Shown one piece after another: positions 1 to 13,180 of a stretch of 64,000 bases of DNA. This DNA is from Eledone cirrhosa (taxonomy: Eukaryota), in the NCBI GenBank assembly GCA_964016885.1, contig OZ024740.1, forward strand, positions 393,452,001 to 393,516,000. Reading direction: 5' to 3'. The translations under genes were made by a program, and so were the position numbers. How positions within the stretch are numbered: position 1 is the stretch's first letter; every line of letters begins with the position of its first letter. The notes beneath the pieces were generated by a model that worked only from the letters and a program-made list of their open reading frames with translations, ran no database searches and was not told where the DNA came from.

Positions 1-1260
1 AGCATAGCTGGTGATGTTGCCAACCTTTTCATGGTATGGTGGGAAAGGAGACTTAAAGATCTCCTTAATGAAAGTTCCATAGACCTCATCATGTACTCTC
101 GTTATGTAGATGATATCAATATAGTTATAAGAACACCCCCACTAGAGAGCACTAACAAGTTCGATTTAGAACGTAGCACGATGGAAAGCATCCAGCAGAT
201 AGCTAATTCCATACACCAGAGTATAACTGTAACTATAGACTTCCCTTCCAAACACCCTAACAATAGACTACCTGTATTAGACACAGAACTCTGGATTAAC
301 ACTATAGACGAGAGAGCCCAAATTCTCCACTCACACTATGCTAAACCCATGGCCTCCAAATACCTGATACTCAAAAACTCAGCAATGTCCAGTAGTGCTA
401 AGTTTAATATTCTGATCGCAGATTTGGTACGAGTGATGAAGAATGTGTCCAGCATGTGCGACCCAACAGAAATGGAAGGACACATCCAACACTTCATCAA
501 CCGCATGCAGTTCTCTGGCTACAACCAAAGAGACAGAGTCAGAGTATACGAAGGAGCCATGGAAAAGTATAAGACCCTCATAGAACTGGACATGAAAGGA
601 ATCTGCCCACTATACAGGAGCAAATCATGGAATAGCTTAGATAGGGCTAGACATAAGATAGGGAAGGCCACATCATGGTACGACAACCAGAGATATCAGA
701 GTGTCATGTTTGTGGACGCCACCCCTGGAGGGAAATTAGCTAACCAGTGTAGAAAGGCCCTGAGAAAGACCCACTTAAAAATAAAGGTGGTAGAAAAGCC
801 AGGAACCACCATAAAATCCCTGATCAGCAAAACCTACCCTTTTAAGAAAACCCACTGTACCAATAGGAAGTGTATCATATGTAAGGTGAACCCCCGGATA
901 AACTGTAAAACTAGAAACGTAGTCTATAGCATAAGATGTACAGAGTGTACTTGCAGAAACATGACAACAACATACATAGGTGAGACAGCTCGTAGCATAG
1001 GTGAAAGGATAGACCAACACTGGGGGGAACTAAAAGGACGAAAAAACGGGTCAGTACTATACGAACATGCTAGACAACAACATGACGGTAACATAGACAA
1101 CATAGAAATTAGAATAATATCTAAACATAGGAATGACCCAGCAGATAGGCAAATCAGAGAGGCCAGTGAAATAGAAATTAGAAGACCAAAGCTAAACAGA
1201 AAGAATGAGTGGAACAACAACAACACCCAAACAAACAACACTGACCTAAGAGAAGTATAA
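1..1260 (+). CDS. Penelope-like element ORF, 3' part: RT C-terminal half, Cys-rich linker and GIY-YIG endonuclease (open from window start)
   Basis: YSRYVDD catalytic motif, LPVLDT, linker CTNRKCIIC...NCKT, VVYSIRCTEC...YIGETARSIGERIDQH (GIY-YIG), R..REA..I...PKLN C-terminus; no stops until TAA at 1258-1260. Confidence 0.93.
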   Translation, partial: SIAGDVANLFMVWWERRLKDLLNESSIDLIMYSRYVDDINIVIRTPPLESTNKFDLERSTMESIQQIANSIHQSITVTIDFPSKHPNNRLPVLDTELWINTIDERAQILHSHYAKPMASKYLILKNSAMSSSAKFNILIADLVRVMKNVSSMCDPTEMEGHIQHFINRMQFSGYNQRDRVRVYEGAMEKYKTLIELDMKGICPLYRSKSWNSLDRARHKIGKATSWYDNQRYQSVMFVDATPGGKLANQCRKALRKTHLKIKVVEKPGTTIKSLISKTYPFKKTHCTNRKCIICKVNPRINCKTRNVVYSIRCTECTCRNMTTTYIGETARSIGERIDQHWGELKGRKNGSVLYEHARQQHDGNIDNIEIRIISKHRNDPADRQIREASEIEIRRPKLNRKNEWNNNNTQTNNTDLREV

Positions 1261-1548
1261 ATAAGTAAATAAAATAAAATAAAATAAGATAAATAAATAC
1301 ATACACAAGCACAATAACAACAAGCACATAAACACACACTAGTCACCCAGCAGACACAACACTATACACACTAGTCACACATCACACATAACACTATACA
1401 CACACGCAAACGCATGCGCAAAGAAGACAAAAAAAAAAAAAAAATAAGATAAACAAACAAGCAAATAAATAAATAAATATATAGACAGACTGAATAAAAA
1501 ATGGCGTAGGCATACAACACAACAGGAGGAACAATGAATATAACACCA

Positions 1549-1576
1549 CTGACGATGTTGCAGATGTGCAACGAAA
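1549..1576 (+). ncRNA. Putative minimal hammerhead ribozyme core in Penelope 3' repeat
   Basis: CTGACGA-T-GTTGCA-gatg-TGCAAC-GAAA = CUGANGA core, 6-bp stem II, GAAA; stems I and III not convincingly resolved. Confidence 0.55.
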
Positions 1577-1845
1577 GATTTATGTAAATTATGTAAACTA
1601 TATATATATATATGTGTTTGTGTCTATATTGTATCTGTATTATTTTTGACCACCGGTCAGTCAATGGCAACATTGAGGACCGAGTAAGTTAGATCGCAGA
1701 TATAATAAAAGACAGCGAGAAGCGAAAACCAACCAAACAGTGAGTGTGTTCTGTTATTAATTCTGGCAATATTACGCAAATATGACCCTCCCCAAGTATA
1801 ACAATATCTGTTTCGACACACGATTTCATATAAAAAACCTCGCAA

Positions 1846-1848
<3 letters not shown>

Positions 1849-1923
<75 letters not shown>

Positions 1924-1925
1924 TA
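1849..1925. repeat. (TA)n(GA)n microsatellite
   Basis: Direct reading. Confidence 0.95.
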
Positions 1926-4900
1926 GCATGTCTTTAGCAGAGATGATAGGAAGTGATTGTTCTTTAAGACATCAGCTTAGAAAGAACAACTATTTTTCTT
2001 GAGTTGTGTTAAAACAACTAAGCAAAACCAACAAAATATGTTAAAGGGAAATAAAAATACCAAATGAAATATATATATATAAATAAATGATGCTTAAAGA
2101 CACACATACACACAAATCAAACATATACACACACAACACAGTTTTCTCACCTCTCTCTCTTTCTCACACACATTTCCTCTTTCCTTCTCTTTCACACATA
2201 CATACAACATACACATACCAAGCAATCATGGATAGACAGACAAATGGACAGACAGGCCTACACACACATCTATAAATACATGTATGGACCCTTTTATATA
2301 CTCATCTATTAATATATTCAGGCACACATACATAGATAACCCATAAACATACACCTACAAATGCATACATGCAAATTCAGATGTATCTACATGTACATAC
2401 AAGCATACCAATACACACTATTAAACATTTTCATACACACACACATCAATGAATACATATGAGCAAACACACACATGCTCGTGTAGATATGTATGTGCAC
2501 ATATATATAAATACACACATGCACACAGACATCTACAAATGTAGTTATATACATACACAACCACATAAACATTTACATGCACAAATACCCCAAAAAATCT
2601 ATAGATACTTACAATCAAAATGCACATACATACACACTCAACTACAAATACCTGTATGCAAATACATACGCTTAACACACACATATACAAGCATACATTT
2701 AAGCACACATATACATTAGACAAGAAAACAAAAGATTATCAGAAAGTGATTAAGCTAATGTGTTGTTCACAGATGAGACTAAAATTAAGATGAACTCTGG
2801 GAATAAGAGGCAAAGATTTCAAAGATGCTCTTTGGAAAAAAAATCTATTGAAGATAACACAACAATCTATCAAGTGAGATCTTTCTCTTATCACATTCTT
2901 CTTCTTATTAATAATAATGATTATTTTTATTATTATTATCATAACATTATTATTATTATGCCTTGGTATAAATAAAAGAAACAAATAAACCCCCTTACAA
3001 GAAAAAGAAAAAGAATTAGGGTGATAAATGGCTTTCTAGATAGTTGCAAATATGTAAACATACTAGAATATTCAATAAATTTTGCAATATTAAGATGTAG
3101 TGTAAATGAACGAAAAATATAACCTCTTTTTCTTTTTCAGTTTTCTTCTCTCTCCAATCCAAACTAGACACACACTAACACGATAAAGGCTGCATATCAT
3201 ATATCAATATTTATTAAAAAAAAAGAAAATTGGCAAGCCACAAAAAAATATAAAAGTGGATAAAATGACCAATCTCTCATCAATTTTCTTCATCAGGTGA
3301 ACTTGGACTGATGAACAAAATTGATGAGAGAATAAATGAATGAATAAACAAATTCAGGAGCGTGTTGTAGCTAGTTGGGTTGGCAGGGTGATGCATGAGG
3401 CTGATGATGGAGAAAATGTAGTTTGGATTTGTATTCTGTTAATGGCATTGCATAGCTTCCATGGAAAAGACATTTTAGCTTACACTCTGGCAATTGACCT
3501 AGCTGTAAACAGCATGCAGAAGCTGAGTTCTTCCACTACATGAAGTGGGAGCACTGTGTATATAATGAATGTTTTGTTTGCTTGAAAGTGAGCAAGAGCC
3601 ACATTGGAATACTTAATCAAGTAACTCCCACCCACACTGAAATACTGCTCATATGTAGTGGATGATGTTAATGCACACACAGACATTGCACATTGCAACC
3701 AAAATAAATGCATGATTGATTAGCAATGATATATTCACCAGCATATAAAAGCTATTAGCTTGCAGAAGCATGATTTCTTCTCTATATCTCTTCTAACATG
3801 CCTATAAAAGCCACTCACTACTCTTCAGAAATAGCTAACTGCATACTTCTCTCCAATCTGGTTCACATGACCCATCTCTCTGCCCTCCTCTCATTCTGCT
3901 CACTCTATCTCACATCACAACCCAAAATCATATATTACACCAAGTTTTTCCTCCCTAAAAGTTTCTCCCTACATGTGTTTTTCCTTTAAACATTTATACC
4001 CATTAATATTTGTTTATGTGATTTAGTATCTTGACAACAATCATGAGAAAGTTAACTTTCAAAGACATTGGGGATTTAATCCATTGAGGAAATTTTGAGA
4101 AAAAATGTCCTGTTTCTAATTTATGCAAATTGTCATTGACATAACTGTTTCTTTGATATAGATGTGAAAGCTGACAATATAACAAAGGTGTTGAGAGAAG
4201 GCTATTTAGTCTTCAAATGGAATGTCTTGAAAACCTATTAACCAATATGATAGCAAAATTAACAACAATGAAATGCTAGAAAAAGCCACGGCAATGTTCA
4301 ACACTAAAATTATCAAAAGGGAAATGTGATGATATTTTAGATACGTATTGAAGATAAATGAATCATGAATATAACATTTCAGATATAGCATTGGATATAG
4401 ACATGTGAGACAAAGTTAATGACATTAGAGAGCCCTTGAAAAAGATGTGGGTAACAGACCTAATGGTATTGAATAGCATCTGGACATTGATGATCTGGGT
4501 GATACAGCTAATGGTAGAGGATACCATCTGGATATTGAAAATGTGACAGACCTAAAGGCGCCCACAACAGAACAATTGCTGTGAAAATGTATCATCTTAA
4601 TAGAATGATCTTAAAAGAAAAACAACAAAAACAATGGACCTTGCTCTATGGCTCCACCTACATTGTACTTATGTACATTGAGAGAGAGAGAGAGAGAGAG
4701 AGAAGGGAAATGTGCAAGAGAGATAGAGAGATAGAGATGGAGAGATAGAGAGATAGAGATTTTGTGAAGAATATGTTTTTATAATCATTGTATCAAAGTG
4801 ATGAATAGTATAGATATTCTTTGCATCAAATTAAAAGTTGTATTGGTGTTCAAATCTGGCTAAAGTCAACCTTGACCGCCATCTTTTGATAGTCTATGAA

Positions 4901-4952
4901 AAAGATTTGCATGATGACTGCCTGCTGGTTGATTTCATTAACTATTTCCAGA

Positions 4953-4997
4953 CCCATGCTAGCATGGAAAATGGACGTTAAATGATGATGATGATGA
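4953..4997 (+). mobile_element. Isolated 3' tail of RTE-family LINE/SINE
   Basis: CCATGCTAGCATGGAAAATGGACGTTAAA(TGA)n matches the tails at 29075-29125 and 38143-38187. Confidence 0.7.
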
Positions 4998-5360
4998 TTT
5001 CCCTCTTCAATATGAAATGCATGTGTCAAAAGAATTCAAAATTTAACATATTTGTAGAGAGTATTGCAGTGAGACTACATTGTTTTAATCCCCACTTGGA
5101 ACAATTTCACTTCACTTACACCACTAATACATTTAGGAAAGACACAAGTTCACATTCAATTCCATTAAAAATAGGGAGTTTGTAACCAGTGAAAAAAAAT
5201 AAACAACAAAATTCATATCAATTCTTGATAAGGTCAATTAATCATGCAATCAATAACTTTTAATCCCAAGCTAGAGTGACAAATAGCATGTTCATAATTA
5301 GAAATATGCACCAATGAGTGTTTAGCACTATTATCTTCAGGTGAAGGAGCTGTGATGCTC

Positions 5361-5520
5361 TCGGACACCATGCTTTGAAACATAGAGTTACGTCCTTTTA
5401 TGATCTGAGTTCAAATCCCGCCAAGGTTAACTTTGCCTTTCATCCTTACGGGATCGATAAAATAAAGTACCAGTAATGTACTGGGTAATTGCTGGCCTTG
5501 TGCCTAAAATAGAAACAATT
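5361..5520 (+). mobile_element. 5'-truncated tRNA-derived SINE (Nin-like central domain)
   Basis: B-box GAGTTCAAATCC, then GCCTTTCATCCTTACGGGATCGATAAAATAAAGTACCAG; flanked by a long direct repeat. Confidence 0.85.
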
Positions 5521-6903
5521 ATCTTCAGGTGAAGGAGTCAGTCAGAGTTGTGATGCTCATACATTTTCCTCAGGCATTAACCCTACTGACTTTATATGAA
5601 GGGAAAATGAATAGTTCAAGCCTTTCAAAAATGTGTTAACGTTATAAGCAAAGTGAAACTATAGAAACCAAGAAATTAAACTGGATTGCTGACTTATGTG
5701 AAGGTTTTTGTGTCTTACTGTACATTACTACTTGATGAGGTACATGTGTTGTAAAGTTAATGTTTTTGGGCAGTGGCATTATTTTACTTCAACTGATGGT
5801 AGTTGACAAGCTTCTGGAAGTTGTTTTCACAACCTTTATTATTATTTCATATTTTACTAATGTGTTTATTTTATTACTAATGTTTTTGTCTTAAATTGGC
5901 AGATGTACAACCCAACAAAACAATGTGATCAAGATTCAATGAAACAGCCTGAGACTTTACATGTTTGCACAACTTGCTTACAATAAATAGAGAAAATAAA
6001 TGAAGAATCCACCAGAAAATAACCAACAAAAATCTATTAACCTTAATACCAGAAGGTAATACAGTATAATTTATATTGCATTATAAACACAATGGTTGGT
6101 TAAAGTGTTGAATTACTGACCATATTTTTATTTATTGAAATCTGACTGCAGCCATTATGCTGTGCTCCTGAGTAAGGCACATAACCCTACTTGCTCAAGC
6201 ATTATATGGATATATACGCAGCAAACACACACACACCATATAACATCATTCAAGTTGTTTTGCATTAAAATAAGAAATAAGCATATACTCTTTGTAAGTT
6301 TCATGGGGAGATTTGAGATATGTACGTTTCTATTTAAGTCAGTTTTGGGAAGAAATGGTAATGTCTCAGACTAAATGATTAAAGTAAAATCATGTTTATT
6401 AGATAACTACAGGTCATTTCTGTTTGATCAACAACCAATCAACCAATATGAATGTAGCAAACTTTGCTGGTGACTCCCATGTTGTTATCGTTGTTCACAT
6501 ATGCTAATATAGCAAAGATAGGTATTAATAATCTTAGGATATTTTATCCAAGTCAAATTTGGAAGGAATCAAGTCCTTTAAAATAATTTCAAAGCTGATC
6601 ATTTCACAACCCCTAAAACTAAGCAAGTTCTGCAGCATTAAATGGATGAGATAGCAATCTCTCATAGGAAAAGGATAGGTTGATTGCTTACAACAGATAA
6701 CTTTGCCAGAAATGGCTTACTAAACTTCAGCTGAAATAAACTGAGGTAAGCAGAATTCAATATGCTATCTTAAGTTACAGTTAAATATATTAAATAAGAT
6801 ATAACTTCAGGTCCCACAAACCTAGTGTTCAATACTTCTTACATTAAGCCATTTTTGCTTCAAATCTATCAAGTAACTTCTTAATATTAATTGGATATAA
6901 TGA

Positions 6904-7325
6904 AATAATAATAATAATAATGAAAATATTGTGTACAGTGCTCAGGTGCACTACAACTCATCAAAAGTGTATGTATAGTACATAGGGTAATGTACAAACG
7001 TCAGGAAAATGAACAGTGCATGATATACACATGTGTGCATGTGTATGGAAGGGGTACATCAGTGTAGTTTTGGCGAATTTCGGGAAGCATGAGGGTTTTA
7101 AAGGATGCAGTGTCTCAGCAGCTAACAACTGACGCAGGCAGTTTGTTCCATGCTTCAGCAACTCTAAGCATGAAAAAATGTTTCCGAAAGTCATGGGAGC
7201 TGCGCTGTTTTCTGATTTTGTAGGCATGTCCACATGCGTTAGACACATGGAGATCAAAAAGGTGCTCAGGATTGTTGTTGGCGAGATGGTTAATAACTTT
7301 GTGGGTGTTTGTTTACCAAGTCCAT
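6904..7325 (-). mobile_element. CR1/L2-type LINE 3' fragment
   Basis: Minus strand translates CGHAYKIRKQRSSHDFRKHFFMLRVAEAWNKLPASVV (conserved CR1-group C-terminus), followed by a 3'UTR and (TTA)n tail. Confidence 0.75.
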
Positions 7326-7384
7326 TGCCAGACTCTCATTCTACTATGGAGGTACAACTACATCTTTAAATCTCTAGATATTGT

Positions 7385-7860
7385 TGTTTACCTCAGAGGC
7401 CAACCCTGATCAAGTAGGCCTGTATTTTTAGTGTAAGTAGAACTACACTGTCAAATATGTTGTTTATTTATTCAAGACAGGAGATTTTGATTTGGCTACA
7501 TTCATGGCATATCAAATAGCCACACAGTGGTGGATTTAGTAAACATTTATATGTTAAATTAACTGCTGCATTTCTAACCCAGATATTTCCAACTCTGATC
7601 AAAAGTGAGAAATGTTTGGCAAACTTGTAGTTTTATAATTTAAGACTGTAGGTACTGATGTTACTGTTTAGCACAAAGTCAGTCCTAATCCAGCAGACCT
7701 ATGATCAAAGAAACTCAAGCTACAACAATATTGTTTTTTTTTTGTTTTTTTTTTAAGATAGTCTGCATCCAGAAACATTATCCAATGTGCTCTCTCCCTT
7801 TTAAGACAGTACTTTTGTGACTTGATAGATATTTAACAGCAATTTCTAAAAGGTTGAGTA
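7385..7860 (+). repeat. Old abundant unclassified interspersed repeat (two copies here)
   Basis: Motif CAGACCTATGATCAAAG...GATTTGGCTGCTATTTCTAGCAGG recurs degenerately at about 9400-9620(-), 12670-12800, 13870-14020, 14520-14710, 16715-16890(-), 25370-25540, 43180-43340, 49700-49880, 55170-55330 and 62640-62715(-). Confidence 0.6.
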
Positions 7861-8664
7861 AGTTTGAGAAAGAAAGAAAGATTTTGTTGCTAGGTGATCA
7901 AGTCAGGTTATAACTTAGCATGAAATTAATGGAGGTAACTCCAGCAATATATACAAATTATTTCGATTCATATGTTGCTGTAACTGTTGTTGAAGATGGT
8001 GGCAGTAGTGGTCCTGATGACTAAAATCATCCATCCATATCACTAATGTAATTCAGTTGTTTAGCAGTAGCAGGTTCAATGCTGCTGGAATTTTCTAATT
8101 GTTAAACAATAGTTGATAGGAATTTTCAACATGTCCACCCCCACCCCATGCCCCATTAAGTGTAAGATAGCAAGTTCCCAAGATAACAATGTATATATGT
8201 GGTTGTGTGTATGCATTCGTCTATGAATGTATGACAGGAGAGTGTTACAAATGTAGAAATTTTACACATGATCGACTATTCTCGTAGATTACTCAACACA
8301 TAACTTTCACCATCGCCATCACTCTGCCTAAAAAAATAAAGCATGGAGATTAAGCAATCAAACAAAATGTTAGCGAATGGAAGAAATTTCTCAATAAATG
8401 AACCATACAATCCATTGTGCAATAGATAATCTCATAACCATATCTCAACACCCAAGATATAACTTAACAAAACAAGAAAAAATTGAATAAGTTAATTAAA
8501 CAAAAAAAGAAAACAAACATATTTGTTGATATACACATAAACATTATATATGTACATAAACATTATATATACATATATATATATACATATACACACATAT
8601 ATATATTATATATGTGTGTGTATGTATGTATGTATGTATGTATGTATGTATGTATGTATGTATG

Positions 8665-8705
<41 letters not shown>

Positions 8706-9769
8706 TCATTTTACATCTGCTTTTCCATGCTATGTATTTGTGTGTGCCTGTATATTCCAATGCCAAAAATCTATGTAAAAATAACTATCGATATACAAAC
8801 AATAATAAGCCAAGTGGAAGCAATGAAGAGAATGGTAAATTTCCAAGATATTCATACATTCATACAGTGATATAGCAAAATGAATAGCATTAACCCCCAT
8901 CCCATCCCTTCCATACCTCACTGCTACCAAATGCCTGCTTACTCAATACAAACTGTACTGATGCCAATAACATGGACTGGGTTGAAGCTGAAAACCGATA
9001 ACTTGTCGGCAACATCGAATTGCAGATGTCAGTAACAGCAAGATTTATGGCTATTAACAATTCCATCCATGAATTCAAGAATGTGCAGTGTGTAGACATT
9101 GTCTCTGTGGCAGTGTCTTTGATTGCTTCTGCTGAGAACAGAATAGTGTTCTTGGATGAGATGACAGGAATGCAATGGTTGTTGTGATGGTGGAGGAAGT
9201 GAGAGAGAAGTGCATGAGTAAAAGCAAAAATAAAATTAAAAAATAAATAAATTAGAAAAACACTTTTCAGTAGACAAAGAGAACGTAGAGAAAGAGAGAA
9301 GGAAAAGGGAAGGAGAAAGAGAGAGTGTATGGTCCAACACAACAGCAGCCATTACAAATACAATCTAAATGAACAATAACAACATAAACAGTAACAATAG
9401 AATGGAGCCAACTAGGAAGACTCTACATGGTTACTCGACCTACTAGAAAAGGCTCACAAACTTCTCTTAAATTACATATTACCATCTGAAAAGAAAAGAC
9501 GCATTTAATAATGTAGCCCTAAATATAGAATGGTTAAAAAAAAATAAAGATGAGATGGTCAGAGCTGGAATGCTGATAATAACAAGTCTGCTCAATTGGT
9601 CCTGACCTGGGGCTCAGCAGCAATATCTAATATATCATGAAAACATATAGTAAATATATTTTGCTGCTGCTGCTACTACTATTAGATGATGACCAGTATG
9701 AAAAAAATGTGATTCGATAATGATGTCATCATCCAAATTATATAAATTTCTAACACTACAGAAGACCAC

Positions 9770-11110
9770 ATTTTTTGGTAAATGGAACAGTCAATTAACG
9801 AAAACTCCAATACATTACTGGTATTTTCTTTAATGAACTTCGAGAGCTGAAATGTAATTTCAGCTCTGGTAAGATTAGAACTCACCTCAGAATATAAAAG
9901 GCTATAACTAAATACCATGTAGCACGGTGTCCAGTGCTCTACCCATTCTGCCATAAATTAAATAAAAACAATGACAATAAATTGAAAGTATGGAGGAGAA
10001 AATTAAAGGTTTATGAGGAGGGTTGCAAAGAAGAGAGCAAATGGAGAAGCTTGTCATGCAGTACACAAGGCTAACTCCTGCTTTATCAGGGAAAATGGCA
10101 TCAACACACTTTTGTTGCTGCATTACTGGTACTTCCCTGAAAATACAGTAACTAGTGCTTTACCAATTCTGCTACAAAATCATAAAAATAATGACAAAGC
10201 ACGGGGACAGGATTGTCAATCCAATGAATCTCAGTCATTCATTGATACATATTTCATCAATGCTGGAGAAACCATTGAACCACTTAGAATTCGAACTCAG
10301 AATGTATGAGGATGTACCTAAATAGCACAAAACCTTTCTTCAGACCCCCTACCAATTCTAGCATCCACTGCAATAATAATTGTTTCTACTTTTGGCACAA
10401 GGCCAGCAATTACCCAATACAGTACTGGTACTTTATTTTATCGACCCCGCAAGGATGAAACTCAAAGTTAACCTCGGCGGGATTTGAACTCAGACCATAA
10501 AGGGCCGTAACTCTTTGCTGCAAAGCATGGCGTCAGACCCTCTACCGATACTACCAATCCACTACAATAATAATAATAATGGTTTCTGATTTAGGCACAA
10601 GGGCAGCAATTTTGAAGGTAGGGGAAAGCCAATTAAATCAACCCCAGTGTGTGACTGGTACTTTATAATAATTGTTTCTACTTTTGGCACAAAGCCAGCA
10701 ATTACCCAGTACATTACTGGTACTTTATTTTATCGACCCCATAAGGATGAAAGGCAAAATTAACCTCGGCGGGATTTGAACTCATATTGTGAAGGGACGT
10801 AACTATGCTGGAGAGCATCTCTGACCCTCTACCGATACTGCCAATTAACCGCCCTTACTGGTACTTTATAATAATGATTTCTAATCTAGGTACATGGCCA
10901 GAAATTTTTAAGGGGTAGGGATGTGAATTAAATTAATCACAGGACTTCACTGGTAAAAGCTGGAACAGTTGATTAAACCAATCACATTACTTGGCTGTTA
11001 TTTTATTTTATTGACCCAGGAAGGATCAAGAGTAAAGTTGGTCTTGGCAGGATTTGAACTCAATATAAATACAAAGCTATAACTAGATTTTCGCCCACCC
11101 ACCAGCTATA
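9770..11110 (-). mobile_element. Cluster of at least six co-oriented Nin-like SINE copies/fragments
   Basis: Repeated CTGGTACTTTATTTTATCGACCCC..AAGGATGAAAGGCAAAGTTAACCTCGGCGGGATTTGAACTC; best copies at 10376-10560 and 10673-10856. Confidence 0.85.
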
Positions 11111-12271
11111 ATGATTTCTCACAAAGATACAATATCTCAATTTTGTAGTCATTTATACTTGAGTAATATTTCATTTTCTTATCTGAAAAGCAAAATTGTC
11201 CTCTGTAGGATCTAAATTCAGGACAGAAGAATCCATAATTAAATATTGCAAGGCATTTTATCCAAAACTTTTAACATTTCTATCAACATAAGCCTCTTGA
11301 TGAAAATAATCCATTAATAACATTTTCGACAGATCATAGCATTCATGTGTGATAGACAGACAAATAAATACTGTACAGTTATTATAATACAGATTGAATT
11401 GTTGGTATGAGACTTGTGTGGTGCATGAAAAATTTGGCACCTAGAATGTAAAAATGATAGCTACCCTATGGCTGGAGTAACAATATAAGATCTCCTAAGA
11501 TATTTATCTTAATTCTGCATCATCTCCTTTGTGGAGCAAAAGTGGTTAATATCTAATCTTACTTTCCCAACCTTGCTTCATTGATCTATACTTCCATCTA
11601 ATAGCACTGCTTTTTCGTTCAGCACGTGTTATCAATTCATATATTACCAATTGAAGTATCCTTGTTTTTATCCCTTTTAAAGCTGGCAAAATACTGCTAT
11701 GAAAAAAGAAAAAAGTATGGCTCAATAAATATAGCTCTAAGAAGTCAGCTAATTAACTAAACTCTTTCATCTATGAATAAATAAGAATTAACAACGAATC
11801 AACAAATTAATAATGTCTTGAGAGAATGTTTCGAAAACTCATAGAAATACAGTGGAAAACAAAACTAAAAATTTAATCCAGCCTTTATAACAAAAAGCAT
11901 ATTCTTTTCCTATGATGCTTTTCTAAATGATTTCAGCAAATGAAAATGACTCTAGGGGAGGAAATATTCAGATCTTATTGACTTCATAACACACACACAC
12001 ACACGTATGTAAACATACATAAGAAAAATGTAATTAAATGAATAATGTTTATTATTGAAAATGCAAACACAGTACGGTAAAAATATTGCTACCCGAAAAA
12101 TGATAAGAGAGAAAATGATAAGAGAATTCATAGCAAAGAGTAGCATAACACAAGCAATTTTTATTTACATGTATAGTCATGCTTCCAATCAGATGCTTAA
12201 TATTAAGTTAGTGCCTGGAAGAAGCACTAGAGTATTGTGTAGTTTGTTCATTATTTGTTAATAACCTTTAA

Positions 12272-12462
12272 CCCATTTGTTATTATAATCAAGATTTTGA
12301 AGAGATTTTGTAATATAACTTTCTCATTATGAAGCTGGTGTTTATAACAAAGGTCCTTACATAAAATTATGATAGAAAGTGTTTAGGTATGTATAAACTC
12401 TTTAAAACTAAGAGTTCTGTATTATATAATCTGGCACAGCTTAAGGCAACTTGGTACAAGGG
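12272..12462. mobile_element. piggyBac-like MITE (degenerate)
   Basis: TTAA|CCC...GGG|TTAA ends; related fragments near 23927 and 50400-50585. Confidence 0.45.
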
Positions 12463-13073
12463 TTAATATTAGACAAGGAATTAGTGGGTAAGTTGCTAAA
12501 CTTTCAGTTAAAGAATTCTAAGATTCAGGACCATTAAATGGTACTGCTACAGGATTTATGTTGCATTTTGAAGACGGTACAGAACACATACTCTAAAGAG
12601 AAAAGGGGAAAAGGGGGTGGGGGAGGAGAATCAGATACTTTAATTGGTTCTAAACTTGCTACTGTTCTTGTTGTTTATTCCTAGATCAACGCTCATTGAA
12701 CAGACCTATGATTAAAGGCCTTTCAGACATTGTCATAATCTTTTTGTATATCTATGACTATATTGTGTGAAGTCTAGGGTTTAATTTGAGAAAGATTTCT
12801 ACTACTATTTCAAATATATTGGGCAACTATATATATGCTTTGTTATCATCCTCATCATCCTTAATAAGATGATGATGATGACAATGGGGTTAGTAATTGT
12901 GACAGTTGAGAATAACGTTACTCCTACAGTTTCTTCTGTTGATGAAATAACTTCCTGTAACTTAACACTTGCTATACATAATAGATACTTTTTTTTTCTA
13001 AGGAAAGCTTTCTTTACCAAAAATCCAATAAGATCCCAGGAAGAGAAATTATGAGTGAATAAACAGGTGAGAG

Positions 13074-13180
<107 letters not shown>

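Larger units (their letters stand above)
1..1849 (+). mobile_element. Penelope-like retroelement including ~590 bp 3' pseudo-LTR/UTR, ending in (TA)n
   Basis: 1261-1849 is near-identical to the 3' regions of copies at 32815-33505 (-) and 33503-34316 (+); it ends ...CGCAAAAC directly into a TA array. Confidence 0.88.

Noticed and set aside
3308-3420. Other CTGATGA motifs as hammerheads (also about 8013, 13956, 25387)
   Set aside because: No stem II followed by GAAA
8890-9342. 150-aa ORF as a host exon
   Set aside because: No recognisable domain, low-complexity start, no convincing splice signals
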